40,108 bases of DNA from Bacilli bacterium (GTDB lineage: Bacteria > Bacillota_I > Bacilli_A > ML615J-28 > CAG-313), in the NCBI GenBank assembly GCA_045653225.1, contig JAZOLP010000043.1, forward strand, positions 1 through 40,108. Direction: 5' to 3'. Positions 18,504 through 28,907 of this stretch are shown piece by piece (position 1 is the first letter of the stretch; the number at the start of each line of letters is the position of its first letter). The notes beneath the pieces are model-generated. The model was not told the DNA's origin, made no database searches, and was given only the letters and a program-made list of their open reading frames with translations. Made by a program: the position numbers and the translations under genes.

Positions 18504-20163
18504 ATACTTTAAAACACGATCCACCAATAAATTCTCTAATTAAAGAATTACATGGTATTGAAGATTCATCAGTTATATCTTTAAAGTATTTCAAGTATTT
18601 AATTAGTCTATTTGCTGTTATATATGAAGGATCTGTTTGTGAAATATTTGATAATGCAGGTAATGCATATTTTTTAAACACAGCTAGTTCATAAGTTAGT
18701 TCACTATTGAAAACAAAATTAGCTCCTTCTTGATTTGGATAAATCCATTTAAATTCTCCATTTCTAACACTTTGCCACATTGAAATTGTATCTTGTGGAG
18801 GGCAATTTCTAAATTGCATATCTCTAACAATTCTTCTGATTAATCTTAAATCAGTAGTAGAAAGTGGAGAATGATCATCAATATTAATTTGAATTTGCGG
18901 TGCGATATAAACTTTATATTTTTGATGTTTCGGAATAGAAGATGTTAAAAGTTCATTTAGCGCATGAATACCTTCAATCATAATTGGAGTTGTATCATCT
19001 ATTTTTAATGTGATACCTTGTTCTCTTTTACCTGTTTTAAAATTATATTTAGGTAATGTTACTTCTTCACCATTAATTAAATCAAACAAATTTTTATTGA
19101 ATAATTCTATATCTAAGCAATTAATATGTTCTAGGTCTAAATCTTTGATATCATTTTTACCTTGAATTTTTGCTATTTCTGTTTTAGTTAAATAATAGTC
19201 ATCCATAGATATCATTATAGGACTTATACCTTTTGACATTAATTCAATTCTTAGTCTATTACAAAAAGTTGTTTTACCACTTGATGAAGGCCCAGCAATA
19301 CAGATTAATCTAATATTTTCAATTTCTTGTTTAATATTATTACCAAGTTCTGCAAGCATATTATTATGTTTCATTTCACATGTTTGAATAAAGTCTGTAA
19401 TGCTTTCTTCTTCGATTTTTTTATTTATTTTAACTATTGAATTTGTTTTGCTAATTTTTCCCCATTTAGCTGCTTCTCTTAATGTTCTACCATATGTTGG
19501 TTCTTCTTGAAATTCTGGTATTAAAGCATTAAGTTCATATCTTGGGTATTGAATAATTAAACCAGGGCTATAAGGTTTGATTAAAAAGTTTTTAACAAAT
19601 CCTGTTGATGGTAACATATAACAGTACATATAATCATAATAGTTATTGCATTTGTATAGATGTACTATTTTATCAGGGCGATATTCTAGTATATTTAATT
19701 TATCATCGTGTTTTAAATCCTTATAAATTTCAATTGCTTCTTTTACAGTTAATGTTACTCTTTCAATAGGTAAGTCATCATTAATTATTTTATTCACTTC
19801 ATTAATAATAGAATCAGTAATTTTACTTAATTTTATACTAGGATTTAAAATTTCACAAAAAATAGATCTACTAACGTTATAATTGAATTTAACATTAACC
19901 TCAGGATAAAGATTAGAAAAAGCCATTGAAATAATATATCTTAATGTTGCTTCATATGCTCTACCTGCTTCTTGATGTTCTAAAGTTAATAGTGTAATAT
20001 TACTATTTTCGTGTTTCTCAGTTAAAGGGTATGTTAATTCTTTTATAGATTGATTTATTTTACATACCATATAATTTTTCACAGTGTTTTTATCAATTAA
20101 GTCGATTACTTTGTCGCCTGGTTTATAGTTAACAATATTATTGTTAATTTTTACTTTATACAT
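18502..20163 (-). CDS. uridine-kinase-family P-loop kinase with an N-terminal TGS/ThrRS-like extension
   Basis: Walker A GPSSSGKTTF in the C-terminal half. The N-terminal roughly 250 aa resemble the ThrRS N-terminal domains. AAGGAGG SD. Confidence 0.75.
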   Translation of the reverse strand: MYKVKINNNIVNYKPGDKVIDLIDKNTVKNYMVCKINQSIKELTYPLTEKHENSNITLLTLEHQEAGRAYEATLRYIISMAFSNLYPEVNVKFNYNVSRSIFCEILNPSIKLSKITDSIINEVNKIINDDLPIERVTLTVKEAIEIYKDLKHDDKLNILEYRPDKIVHLYKCNNYYDYMYCYMLPSTGFVKNFLIKPYSPGLIIQYPRYELNALIPEFQEEPTYGRTLREAAKWGKISKTNSIVKINKKIEEESITDFIQTCEMKHNNMLAELGNNIKQEIENIRLICIAGPSSSGKTTFCNRLRIELMSKGISPIMISMDDYYLTKTEIAKIQGKNDIKDLDLEHINCLDIELFNKNLFDLINGEEVTLPKYNFKTGKREQGITLKIDDTTPIMIEGIHALNELLTSSIPKHQKYKVYIAPQIQINIDDHSPLSTTDLRLIRRIVRDMQFRNCPPQDTISMWQSVRNGEFKWIYPNQEGANFVFNSELTYELAVFKKYALPALSNISQTDPSYITANRLIKYLKYFKDITDESSIPCNSLIREFIGGSCFKV

Positions 20164-20269
20164 TTTTACCTCCTTAATTTTTTAGTAGAGATATTGTATC
20201 AAATTATTTAATATTTGAAAAGTATTTATATAAAAAATGTATAAAACAATAAGTTTAAATATACTTCAC

Positions 20270-20298
20270 TTGACTAAATTAACGATTTATGGTAATAT
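20270..20298 (+). promoter_or_regulatory. sigma-A type promoter of the rimP-nusA-infB array
   Basis: TTGACT-17 nt-TAATAT with an extended -10 TGG. Confidence 0.55.
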
Positions 20299-20323
20299 AT
20301 AAGTAATAAAAAGCAAGAAAAGA

Positions 20324-20345
20324 GGTGAGCTAGAAATGGCTCACC
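20324..20345 (+). promoter_or_regulatory. leader hairpin sequestering an SD
   Basis: GGTGAGC-tagaaatg-GCTCACC (7 bp, 5 of them G:C). The left arm is part of AGAGGTGA, and the loop holds an ATG. It is followed by CTTTGTTAT. Confidence 0.4.
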
Positions 20346-20356
20346 CTTTGTTATGA
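20336..20356 (+). CDS. candidate 6-codon leader ORF (MAHPLL) overlapping the rimP start
   Basis: AGAGGTGA lies 7 nt before ATG 20336. Its TGA stop (20354-20356) overlaps the rimP ATG (20353-20355) as ATGA. Confidence 0.2.
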   Translation: MAHPLL

Positions 20357-20838
20357 AAGGTTATGATATTATGATTGAAAAGATTAAAACATTAAGTCTA
20401 CCCATCGTTGAAAAATATCAGAAAGTTTTATGTAATGTTGAACACATTAGTGAGTATGGAATTGAAATAGTCCGTCTTACAATTGATGATCCAAATACAT
20501 TTGATATTGATATTGACGATGTTGCGGCTATCAACGAAGAAGTATTAGATTTAGTTAATGATTATTTACCTGATGGTTATTATTTAGAAGTAACAACTGT
20601 TGGTATTGAAAGAGAATTAAAAACTGATGATGATTTAGAAAAAGCGCTGGGTAAATACATATATATCAAAACATATGAAAAACAAGAAAGTGCTTTTAAT
20701 CAAAAAGAAATTTATGGATATTTAGATTCTTATACTGAAGAATCAATAAATGTAAATGCAATAAATAAAACACGAACAAAATTAGTAACAATTGAGAAAA
20801 CAAAAATAGCAAAGCTTAGACTTGCGGTAAAATTTTAG
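20353..20838 (+). CDS. rimP: ribosome maturation factor RimP
   Basis: Position upstream of nusA. YLEVTTVGIEREL and the C-terminal KIAKLRLAVKF resemble RimP. The start is uncertain: ATG 20353 has no SD of its own, and ATG 20371 is the alternative. Confidence 0.8.
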   Translation: MKGYDIMIEKIKTLSLPIVEKYQKVLCNVEHISEYGIEIVRLTIDDPNTFDIDIDDVAAINEEVLDLVNDYLPDGYYLEVTTVGIERELKTDDDLEKALGKYIYIKTYEKQESAFNQKEIYGYLDSYTEESINVNAINKTRTKLVTIEKTKIAKLRLAVKF

Positions 20839-20861
20839 AAAGGAATTTAAGGAAAAAGAAA

Positions 20862-21947
20862 ATGATTAGTAAAGGTTTTTATGAATATTTAGAAACAATC
20901 GCAGAAGAACGTCGTCTAGCAAAAGAAGATGTACTTGCTGCTGTTGAAATTGCATTAATTAAAGCTGCACAAGCAGAAGGGCACACAGGTATTATTGAAG
21001 TTGAATTCAATGATGAAGCAAAAAAGGTAAGAATTTCTGAAACATTTAATGTTGTTGAAGAAATTAATCCTGAACTTGAATTAGAAGGACAAATTACTCT
21101 TGAACAAGCAAAAGAAATTAGAGCAAGAGTAAGAGTTGGTTCAGTAATTAAACGTGAAGTTCCATTTGCTGAAATTGGTAGAAAAGGTGCAACTCGTTTT
21201 AAAACAACATTTATTCAAAACTTAAAAGAATTAGGTTATAAACGTGCTTATGAATACTTTGTATCTAAAGAAGGTGAAGTTGTAACTGCAACAGTTGAAA
21301 AAGCTACTGATAAAGTTGTAATTTTAAATTTAGGCATGAATACACAATCATTTATGCCAGTTGAAGAAGCATTACTTGGTGAAACATATGTTCCAGGTAA
21401 ACAAATTAAAGTTACAATTACAAAAGTTGAAGAAACTACAAAAAGTCCAAAAGTATTTGTTTCACGTTCTAATAAAGAAATTATTAAGCGTTTATTTGAA
21501 CTTTATATTCCTGAAATTGCACAAGGTGTTATTGAAGTTATTGGTATTGTAAGAGAACCAGGTAATCGTTCTAAGATTGGGATTAAATCTAATAACATCA
21601 ATGTAGATGCAAAAGGTGCTTGTGTAGGTGTTGGTGGTGCTCGTATTAAACAAATCAACCAAGCTTTAAATGGTGAAAGAATTGACATTTTTGAATGGAA
21701 TGATAATCCGATCCTTTTAATTGCTGAAGCACTTACTCCTGCAAAAGTTATTTCTGTATTAATTGACGAAGATACTCATAAAGCTATTGTTATCGTACCA
21801 GATGAACAATTTAGTTTAGCAATTGGTAAAGGTGGACAAAATGTACGTCTTGCTTCTCAAGTTACTGGTTGGAAAATTGATATTAAGGATGAAACTACAG
21901 CTTATCGTGAAGAAATTCGTTTCAAACCAAATGTATATACTGCATAA
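20862..21947 (+). CDS. nusA: transcription termination/antitermination factor NusA
   Basis: S1 plus two KH domains (LAIGKGGQNVRLASQVTGWKIDI). Conserved operon context. Confidence 0.95.
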   Translation: MISKGFYEYLETIAEERRLAKEDVLAAVEIALIKAAQAEGHTGIIEVEFNDEAKKVRISETFNVVEEINPELELEGQITLEQAKEIRARVRVGSVIKREVPFAEIGRKGATRFKTTFIQNLKELGYKRAYEYFVSKEGEVVTATVEKATDKVVILNLGMNTQSFMPVEEALLGETYVPGKQIKVTITKVEETTKSPKVFVSRSNKEIIKRLFELYIPEIAQGVIEVIGIVREPGNRSKIGIKSNNINVDAKGACVGVGGARIKQINQALNGERIDIFEWNDNPILLIAEALTPAKVISVLIDEDTHKAIVIVPDEQFSLAIGKGGQNVRLASQVTGWKIDIKDETTAYREEIRFKPNVYTA

Positions 21948-21960
21948 ATAGGTGATAATT

Positions 21961-22239
21961 ATGAAAACACCTATTGTTAAAAAAGTTCCAATGCGTAAAT
22001 GTGTAATCACAGGAAATCAATTTCCAAAGAAAGATTTATTACGTGTTGTAAGGGAACCTGATGGTTCAGTCACTTTAGATGATACTGGAAAAGTTCGTGG
22101 ACATGGTGTTTATTTATGCAAAGATGCTTCAGTTATAAAAATGGCTAAGAAGAAACATATTTTAGATAGATTCTTAGAAGTTCCTGTTGCTGAAGAAATA
22201 TATGATGAACTACTAAAGAAGGTAGAACAAAGTGAATAA
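21961..22239 (+). CDS. ylxR: YlxR/RnpM (DUF448) RNA-binding protein
   Basis: MRKCVITG..KKDLLRVV..GHGVYLC motif pattern. ATG 21961 follows AGGTGA. Confidence 0.85.
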   Translation: MKTPIVKKVPMRKCVITGNQFPKKDLLRVVREPDGSVTLDDTGKVRGHGVYLCKDASVIKMAKKKHILDRFLEVPVAEEIYDELLKKVEQSE

Positions 22240-22546
22240 GATATTATCATTGTTAGGTCTTGCGAAAAGGGCCGGAAAAGTGATTGTAGGAACTGATGCA
22301 GTAATTAGTAAACTACAAGAGAACAAGTTAAATTTAATTTTTGTTGCTAAAGATGCATCTTTAGCTACTATAGATAAAATAGAAAAAAAAGCGTTTTATT
22401 ATGACGTTAAGATTATAAAATCTTTTACAAGTGATGAATTAAGTAATTGTATTGGGTCTAATAATAATAAAGTATTAGGTTTAAGCGATAAAGGATTTGC
22501 AGATACTATTATTAAACATCATACTGTAGAAGTAGAAGGAGATTAA
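22232..22546 (+). CDS. ylxQ: L7Ae-family protein YlxQ
   Basis: [27 protein letters not shown]. Position between ylxR and infB. GTG start. Confidence 0.8.
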   Translation: MNKILSLLGLAKRAGKVIVGTDAVISKLQENKLNLIFVAKDASLATIDKIEKKAFYYDVKIIKSFTSDELSNCIGSNNNKVLGLSDKGFADTIIKHHTVEVEGD

Positions 22547-22550
22547 TACT

Positions 22551-24995
22551 ATGAAAGTTAAAGAAGTAGCAGAATTCTTAAAAGTATCAACTGATGAATT
22601 ATTAAAATTATTAAAAAATGTTGCTGTTGGTAAAACTTTTAATGAAGAAAGCGATCTAGATAAAGATCTTGAAAAGAAATTAGCAAAACGTTATGGTGTG
22701 CCTTATCCATTTAAATCTAAACCAAAACCAGCACCAGCTAAATCTGTTCCTGCTGGAGTTAAAGCACAACCTGCTCCACAAAAACCAGCTGCTGCAAATA
22801 AACCAGCTGCTGCTCAACCTAAACCAGCACAACCAAAACCTGCTAATAAGCCTGAAAATACAAATAAACCAGTTTCAAATAAACCTGCACAAAAACCGGT
22901 TCAAAAAGAAGTTTCTAAAGCAAAACCAGAAAACAAACAACAACCAAAACCAGCTCAAAAGCCAGTTTCAAATAAACCAGCTCAAAAGCCTGAGGTTAAA
23001 CAAGTTAATAAACCACGTCCTAGCGATATTCCATCATATAAAGATGAAATCGTTGAAACATTAGTTGATGAAGAATTCTTAGATAAATATGATGAGTTCT
23101 TAGCTGACAATCAATATGATGGTGGTCAAAATACAAGAATTAAACAAAAAGTTAGAACTGGTGAAAAATCAGTTAATAAAAAAGCTAAGCAACAAAAGAG
23201 CCGTGCAGAAAAATTAGCTGGTTCTATCGAGCAAAAGAAAGAAGAAAATGTTCTTTATTATGAATTAAATATGACGGTAATGGATGTTGCTGATGAACTT
23301 GGTATTTCTGTTACAGATTTAGTTAAAAAATTATTTACTTCAATGGGTATTTTTGCATCTGCAACACAAACACTAGATAGAGATACTATTGAACTTATTG
23401 CAATGGAATATAACTTTGAAGTAAAAGATAAACAAATTACAGATTTAATTAGATTTGATGAAATTGAAATTGAAGATAATCCTGAAGATTTAGAGTCTCG
23501 TCCTGCAATTGTTACAATCATGGGTCACGTTGACCATGGTAAAACTACACTTCTACATACAATTAGAAGTAGTCATGTTGTTCGTGGCGAAGCAGGTGGG
23601 ATTACACAACATATCGGTGCTTATCAAGTTCAAAAAGATGGTCGTCTAATTACATTTATCGATACTCCAGGGCATGCTGCATTTACTGAAATGCGTGCTC
23701 GTGGTGCTCAAGTTACAGATATCGTAATCTTAGTAGTTGCTGCAGATGATGGTATGATGCCTCAAACTAAAGAAGCTATCGAACATGCACAAGCTGCTGG
23801 TGTTCCAATTATTGTTGCAATTAACAAAATGGATAAACCAACTGCAAACCCTGATAGAGTTAAACAAGAATTAATGAGTTATAACCTTATTGCTGAAGAA
23901 TGGGGTGGAGATACAATCTTTGTTCCTATTTCTGCTCTTACAGGTAAAGGTGTAGATGACTTATTAGAAATGGTTATTTTACTTAGCGATATGAAAGAAT
24001 ATAAAGCTAATCCAAATCGTTTAGCTATTGGTACTGTAATTGAAGCAAGACTTGATAAAGGTCGTGGACCAGTTGCTACACTTCTTGTACAAAATGGTTC
24101 ATTAAAAATTGGTGATATGATTGTTGTAGGTACTACTTATGGACGAGTTCGTGCAATGCAAGATGAATTAGGTCGTCAAATTAAAGTTGCTGGCCCTGCA
24201 AAACCAGTCGAAATTACTGGTATTTCAGAAGTGCCTTTTGCTGGTGAGAAATTCATGGCATTAGATGATGAAAGAAAAGCAAGAGCCATTGCAGAAGTTC
24301 GTGCACAAAACAAATTTAATGAAGAAATGGGTGCTAATAAAGCTGCTAGCTTAACAGATATTATGTCTGAAGCAAATGGAGATTTAAAAGTTCTTAATTT
24401 AATTATTAAATGTGATGTACAAGGTTCTATTGAAGCAATTCGTGGATTAGTTGATAAGATTCAAATTGAAGGTACTAAAATTAGCATTATAAGTGCTCGT
24501 GTTGGTGGTGTTACTGATAATGATATTAGTTTAGCTATAGCATCACATGCTATTATTGTAGGTTTTAATATTCGTCCTACAAGTCAAATTAGTGACCTAG
24601 CAAAAGAAAAGAATGTAGAAATTCGTTTATATAATATTATTTATAAACTTCAAGAAGATATTGAAAAAGCTGCTAAAGGTATGCTTGATCCTGTATTTGA
24701 AGAAAAAATTACTGGTGAAGCTGAAGTTCGTGAATTATTTAAAATTTCAAGAATTGGTACAATTGCTGGTTCAATGGTAACTAAAGGTAACATTGTTCGT
24801 GGTGGTACTATTAGAGTAATTCGTGACAGTATTGTAGTTTATACTGGTAAAATTGCTGGTTTAAGACGTTTCAAAGAAGATGTTAAAGAAGTTAAAGAAG
24901 GATATGATTGTGGTATCACTATTGAACACTATAATGACATCAAAGTCGGAGACCGTTTAGAATGCTTCGTAATGGAAGAAACTGAGCGTGAATAA
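22551..24995 (+). CDS. infB: translation initiation factor IF-2
   Basis: G-domain [16 protein letters not shown] and NKMD motifs. Length and operon context fit. Confidence 0.97.
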   Translation: MKVKEVAEFLKVSTDELLKLLKNVAVGKTFNEESDLDKDLEKKLAKRYGVPYPFKSKPKPAPAKSVPAGVKAQPAPQKPAAANKPAAAQPKPAQPKPANKPENTNKPVSNKPAQKPVQKEVSKAKPENKQQPKPAQKPVSNKPAQKPEVKQVNKPRPSDIPSYKDEIVETLVDEEFLDKYDEFLADNQYDGGQNTRIKQKVRTGEKSVNKKAKQQKSRAEKLAGSIEQKKEENVLYYELNMTVMDVADELGISVTDLVKKLFTSMGIFASATQTLDRDTIELIAMEYNFEVKDKQITDLIRFDEIEIEDNPEDLESRPAIVTIMGHVDHGKTTLLHTIRSSHVVRGEAGGITQHIGAYQVQKDGRLITFIDTPGHAAFTEMRARGAQVTDIVILVVAADDGMMPQTKEAIEHAQAAGVPIIVAINKMDKPTANPDRVKQELMSYNLIAEEWGGDTIFVPISALTGKGVDDLLEMVILLSDMKEYKANPNRLAIGTVIEARLDKGRGPVATLLVQNGSLKIGDMIVVGTTYGRVRAMQDELGRQIKVAGPAKPVEITGISEVPFAGEKFMALDDERKARAIAEVRAQNKFNEEMGANKAASLTDIMSEANGDLKVLNLIIKCDVQGSIEAIRGLVDKIQIEGTKISIISARVGGVTDNDISLAIASHAIIVGFNIRPTSQISDLAKEKNVEIRLYNIIYKLQEDIEKAAKGMLDPVFEEKITGEAEVRELFKISRIGTIAGSMVTKGNIVRGGTIRVIRDSIVVYTGKIAGLRRFKEDVKEVKEGYDCGITIEHYNDIKVGDRLECFVMEETERE
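22719..23015 (+). repeat. low-complexity K/P/A/Q-rich linker of IF-2 with an internal duplication ([11 protein letters not shown] twice)
   Basis: The translation reads PKPAPAKS...[24 protein letters not shown]...[14 protein letters not shown]...[14 protein letters not shown]. Confidence 0.6.
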
Positions 24996-24997
24996 TT

Positions 24998-25336
24998 ATG
25001 GGATATCGCGTACAAAGAGTAGAAAAAATTATTGAAAGAGAACTTGCTAGTATTATTTTTACTGAAGTTCATAATGAATTAATTAAGTTTGTATCAATTA
25101 CCAAAGTAGCACTTAATAAAGATATGAGTGTTGCGATGGTATGGTATACAGTTCTTGGTAATGATGGTGAAAAAGAAGCAACTAAAAAAGCACTAGAACA
25201 AGCAAAAGGCTTTTTAAGAAGTGAACTTGCACATCGTTTAGATTTAAGAAAAACTCCTGAACTTCGTTTTAAATATGATGAATCACTTGCTTATGGTAAT
25301 CATATTGATGAAGTTATTGAAAATTTAAAGAAATAG
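24998..25336 (+). CDS. rbfA: ribosome-binding factor A
   Basis: RVQRVEKIIERELASII and PELRFKYD motifs. Lies downstream of infB. Confidence 0.9.
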   Translation: MGYRVQRVEKIIERELASIIFTEVHNELIKFVSITKVALNKDMSVAMVWYTVLGNDGEKEATKKALEQAKGFLRSELAHRLDLRKTPELRFKYDESLAYGNHIDEVIENLKK

Positions 25337-25349
25337 AGGAATTTTATAT

Positions 25350-26819
25350 ATGAGAACTAGTGGTATATTATTACCGATATTTAGTTTGCCTAATTCATAT
25401 GGAATTGGCACATTAGGTAAAGAAGCTTATCAATTTGTTGATTTCTTAAAAGAATCTCATCAATCATATTGGCAAGTTTTACCTATTGGTCCTACTTCTT
25501 ATGGAGATTCTCCTTATCAATCATTCTCTGTATTTGCTGGTAATCCTTATTTTATAGATTTTGATTTATTAAAAGAAGAAGGGCTATTAGAATATGAAGA
25601 TTATCAAAATTTATTTGATGAATCACTTTCAATTGATTATGGTAATATATATAACACTAGATATCTTGTATTAAGAAAAGCTTTCTCAAATTTTGATATT
25701 AAACAATTAAAAGAATTTGAAAAAGAAAATAAAGATTGGCTTGAAGATTTCTCTTTATTTATGACATTAAAAGACTACCATAATGGAGTATCATTTTTAG
25801 AGTGGGAAGAATGTTATAAAATTAGAGATGAAAAAGCAGTATCAAAATTTAAAAATGATCATTTAAATGATGTCAACTTTTGGAAGTTTACTCAATATAT
25901 CTTCTTTAAACAATGGAATAATTTAAGAGTTTATGCGAATAAATTAGGAATTAAAATTATTGGAGATATGCCTATTTATACTGCTTTAGATTCTTCGGAT
26001 GTTTGGAGTAATCCTAAACAATTTCAATTAGGAAAAGATTTAAAACCAAAATTAGTTGCTGGATGTCCAGCTGATGATTTTGCTCCACTTGGTCAATTAT
26101 GGGGTAATCCATTATATGATTATAAAGCTATGAAAGAAGATAATTATTCTTGGTGGGTAAGAAGAGTAGAAGTGGCTAATAAATTATTCGATACTATTAG
26201 AATTGATCATTTTAGAGGTTTTGAAGCTTATTTTGCTATACCAGCAAAGGATACTGATGCTTTAGGCGGTAAATGGAAAAAAGGACCTAATGTTGATTTA
26301 TTTAATACAATAAAAAAAGCATTAGGAGAAGTTGATATTATTGCAGAAAATCTTGGTTTCTTAACAGAAGGTGTTCATAAAATGTTAAGAAAATTAGGTT
26401 ACCCTGGTATGAAAATATTAGAATTTGGATTTGATCCAAAAGGTGATAGTGAACATATGCCTCATAATCTTACACCTAATGATATTGTTTATACAGGAAC
26501 TCATGACAATCCTCCAGTAAGAGCTTGGTATGAAACTTTAGATGAAGATGAAAAAGAATTTTTACATGAATATCTTCATTTTGAAAGTCCATATGAAGTT
26601 GGTAATGAATTGATTCGTACAGCTTTAGCATCACCATGTAATCTTGCTGTAATTCCTTTTTGGGATTATCTTCAAAAGGGAAAGGAAGCAAGAATAAATA
26701 CTCCTTCTGTACTTGGTGGAAACTGGACATTTAGAATTGAAAAAGGAGATATGAATGTTGATTTATGCATGTATATTGCTAATTTAACTAAAACATATCG
26801 TAGATATATAGAAAAATAA
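25350..26819 (+). CDS. malQ: 4-alpha-glucanotransferase (amylomaltase)
   Basis: GILLPIFSLPNSYGIGTLG, WQVLPIGP, IRIDHFRGF and YTGTHDN motifs. Confidence 0.92.
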   Translation: MRTSGILLPIFSLPNSYGIGTLGKEAYQFVDFLKESHQSYWQVLPIGPTSYGDSPYQSFSVFAGNPYFIDFDLLKEEGLLEYEDYQNLFDESLSIDYGNIYNTRYLVLRKAFSNFDIKQLKEFEKENKDWLEDFSLFMTLKDYHNGVSFLEWEECYKIRDEKAVSKFKNDHLNDVNFWKFTQYIFFKQWNNLRVYANKLGIKIIGDMPIYTALDSSDVWSNPKQFQLGKDLKPKLVAGCPADDFAPLGQLWGNPLYDYKAMKEDNYSWWVRRVEVANKLFDTIRIDHFRGFEAYFAIPAKDTDALGGKWKKGPNVDLFNTIKKALGEVDIIAENLGFLTEGVHKMLRKLGYPGMKILEFGFDPKGDSEHMPHNLTPNDIVYTGTHDNPPVRAWYETLDEDEKEFLHEYLHFESPYEVGNELIRTALASPCNLAVIPFWDYLQKGKEARINTPSVLGGNWTFRIEKGDMNVDLCMYIANLTKTYRRYIEK

Positions 26820-26832
26820 TTAAGGTATTTAA

Positions 26833-28632
26833 ATGGATCAAAAAATTTTAGAACACATTAAAGCAAAACTTACACTTGTTCCACAAAAACCTGGATGCTA
26901 TCAAATGTATAACAAAGATGGAATCATTATTTATGTTGGTAAGGCTAAGATTCTTGCAAATAGATTAAAAAGCTATTTTACAGGTAGTCATGATGCTAAA
27001 ACAACTCAAATGATTTCTGAAGTTGTAAATTTTGAATATATTATTACACGTAGTGAAACAGAAGCATTTTTATTAGAACATAATTTTATAAAAGAATATC
27101 GACCACATTATAATATCTTATTAATGGATGACAAAACATATCCTTATATTTGTTTAACAAATGAAGCACATCCAAAGCTAATTGTAACAAGACAAGTTAA
27201 ATTAGGAAATAAGAAAAATAATGGTAAATTGTTTGGTCCATATCCAAATGTTTCAGCATGTCGTGATACATGTGAAATATTAAATAAAGTATATCCATTT
27301 AGAAAATGTAATCAAATTCCTAAAAAACATTGTTTGTATTATGATATGGGACAATGTCTTGCGCCATGTGAAAATGATGTAAAAAAAGAAGATTATGAAG
27401 AATACATAACTAGTGTATCAAAATTCCTAAATGGAAATGATACAGTTTTATTAGATATTCTTAAAACAAAGATGGAAAAAGCCAGTGAAGATCTAGAATT
27501 TGAAAAAGCTATTGAATATCGCAACATAATTAATAGTGTAACTTCTTTAATGGAAAAACAAACTATGACATTAAATGATGGAAAAACTAGAGATATTTTC
27601 GGATTTTATGTATACAATGAAACTGTATGTGTTCAAGTTCTACATATGCGTAGTGGTAGAATTATTGAGCGTAGTGGAGAAGTGTTTGATGTAGTAGATA
27701 ATTTAGATGATTTACTAGTTTCTTATATATATACTTTCTATGATTCTAAAGATGTATTATTACCTGAGGAAATATTAATCCCTTATATTGAAGGTATAGA
27801 TATAATTACAGAATTATTAAATGTTAAAGTAGCAGTTCCAGTAAGAGGACTTAAAAAGAAATTAGTAGATTTAGTTTGTGAAAATGCTAAAAATAATTTA
27901 GAAAATTTAGATAAATTAAGATTAATTAAGTTATCTAAAACTAAAGAACCTTTAATAGAATTATCACATATTTTAAATATTAATTATCCTAAGGTTATTG
28001 AATTATTTGATAACTCAAATATTCAAGGTGCAAGCCCCATTTCTGCTATGGTTACATATATTGATGGGATTAAGTCGCCTAAGGATTATCGTAAGTATAA
28101 TATTAAAACAGTTGTTGGTGCAGATGATTATCATACGATGCAAGAAGTATTATCTAGAAGATATCAAAGAGTCTTAAAGGATAATTTAAGAAAACCTAAT
28201 TTAGTTATTGTAGACGGTGGTAAACCACAAGTAAAAGCAGCATTAGAAGTTTTTAATAAATTAGATATTAAAGATATATATATAATGGGGCTTGAAAAAG
28301 ATGATAAACATCGTACAAGAGCAATTGTAACTATGGATTTAAAAGAAATTGAAATTAATAAACATAGCAATCTATTTTTATTGTTAGAAGCTATGCAAGA
28401 TGAAGTACATCGTTTTGCAATAACCTTCTTTAAAGAAACACATACTAAAAATACTTTTAATAGTATATTAGATGAGATTGATGGTATTGGAAAACGAAGA
28501 AAAATGACACTTTTAAAAACATTTAATTCGCTAGATGAGATAAAAGAGTCTAATGTAGATAAATTAATTTCTTTAGGCATTCCAAAGAAAATAGCAGAAG
28601 AACTACTTTTTAAATTAAATAACCAAGAATAA
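26833..28632 (+). CDS. uvrC: excinuclease ABC subunit C
   Basis: GIY-YIG N-terminus (PGCYQMYNKDGIIIYVGKAK), UVR domain, C-terminal (HhH)2. Confidence 0.95.
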   Translation: MDQKILEHIKAKLTLVPQKPGCYQMYNKDGIIIYVGKAKILANRLKSYFTGSHDAKTTQMISEVVNFEYIITRSETEAFLLEHNFIKEYRPHYNILLMDDKTYPYICLTNEAHPKLIVTRQVKLGNKKNNGKLFGPYPNVSACRDTCEILNKVYPFRKCNQIPKKHCLYYDMGQCLAPCENDVKKEDYEEYITSVSKFLNGNDTVLLDILKTKMEKASEDLEFEKAIEYRNIINSVTSLMEKQTMTLNDGKTRDIFGFYVYNETVCVQVLHMRSGRIIERSGEVFDVVDNLDDLLVSYIYTFYDSKDVLLPEEILIPYIEGIDIITELLNVKVAVPVRGLKKKLVDLVCENAKNNLENLDKLRLIKLSKTKEPLIELSHILNINYPKVIELFDNSNIQGASPISAMVTYIDGIKSPKDYRKYNIKTVVGADDYHTMQEVLSRRYQRVLKDNLRKPNLVIVDGGKPQVKAALEVFNKLDIKDIYIMGLEKDDKHRTRAIVTMDLKEIEINKHSNLFLLLEAMQDEVHRFAITFFKETHTKNTFNSILDEIDGIGKRRKMTLLKTFNSLDEIKESNVDKLISLGIPKKIAEELLFKLNNQE

Positions 28633-28636
28633 GGTA

Positions 28637-28664
28637 ACATTACATTCTTTTCTTTCATAAAATA
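28637..28664 (+). promoter_or_regulatory. candidate mother-cell (sigma-K type) promoter for gerE
   Basis: AC-17 nt-CATAAAATA fits AC-N17-CATAnnnTA and lies 22 nt upstream of the gerE ATG. Confidence 0.35.
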
Positions 28665-28686
28665 AATAGAAGGAAAAGGTGATTTA

Positions 28687-28893
28687 ATGAATAATAGTTT
28701 TTTAACACCAAGAGAAAGACAAATTTTTGAATTATTAATTAAGCAAAAAGATACAGAATTTATTGCAGATAAATTGAATATTACGTGTAAAACAGTTAGA
28801 AATCATATATCTAATGTAATTCAAAAACTTGGTGTAAAAGGAAGAAGTCAAGCTATTTTAGAACTAATTAAGATGAATGAATTAAAATTTTAG
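28687..28893 (+). CDS. gerE: GerE, LuxR-type single-domain sporulation regulator
   Basis: LTPRERQIFELL...KTVRNHISNVIQKLGVKGRSQAILELI closely parallels B. subtilis GerE, and its 68 aa are similar to GerE's 74. Confidence 0.8.
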   Translation: MNNSFLTPRERQIFELLIKQKDTEFIADKLNITCKTVRNHISNVIQKLGVKGRSQAILELIKMNELKF

Positions 28894-28907
28894 AAAGGAC
28901 ATAAGTT

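Noticed and set aside
22693-23521. ORFs 22693..23064 (+) and 23258..23521 (-) inside infB
   Set aside because: They are alternative-frame or antisense readings of the IF-2 low-complexity linker and following region. They have no SD and a repetitive Q/N/L composition.
28164-28658. 164-aa minus-strand ORF antisense to the 3' end of uvrC
   Set aside because: It has the S/L/I/F-rich composition typical of the antisense frame of a K/E/N-rich AT-rich gene. It has no SD and no promoter, and it lies almost entirely inside a well-supported gene.
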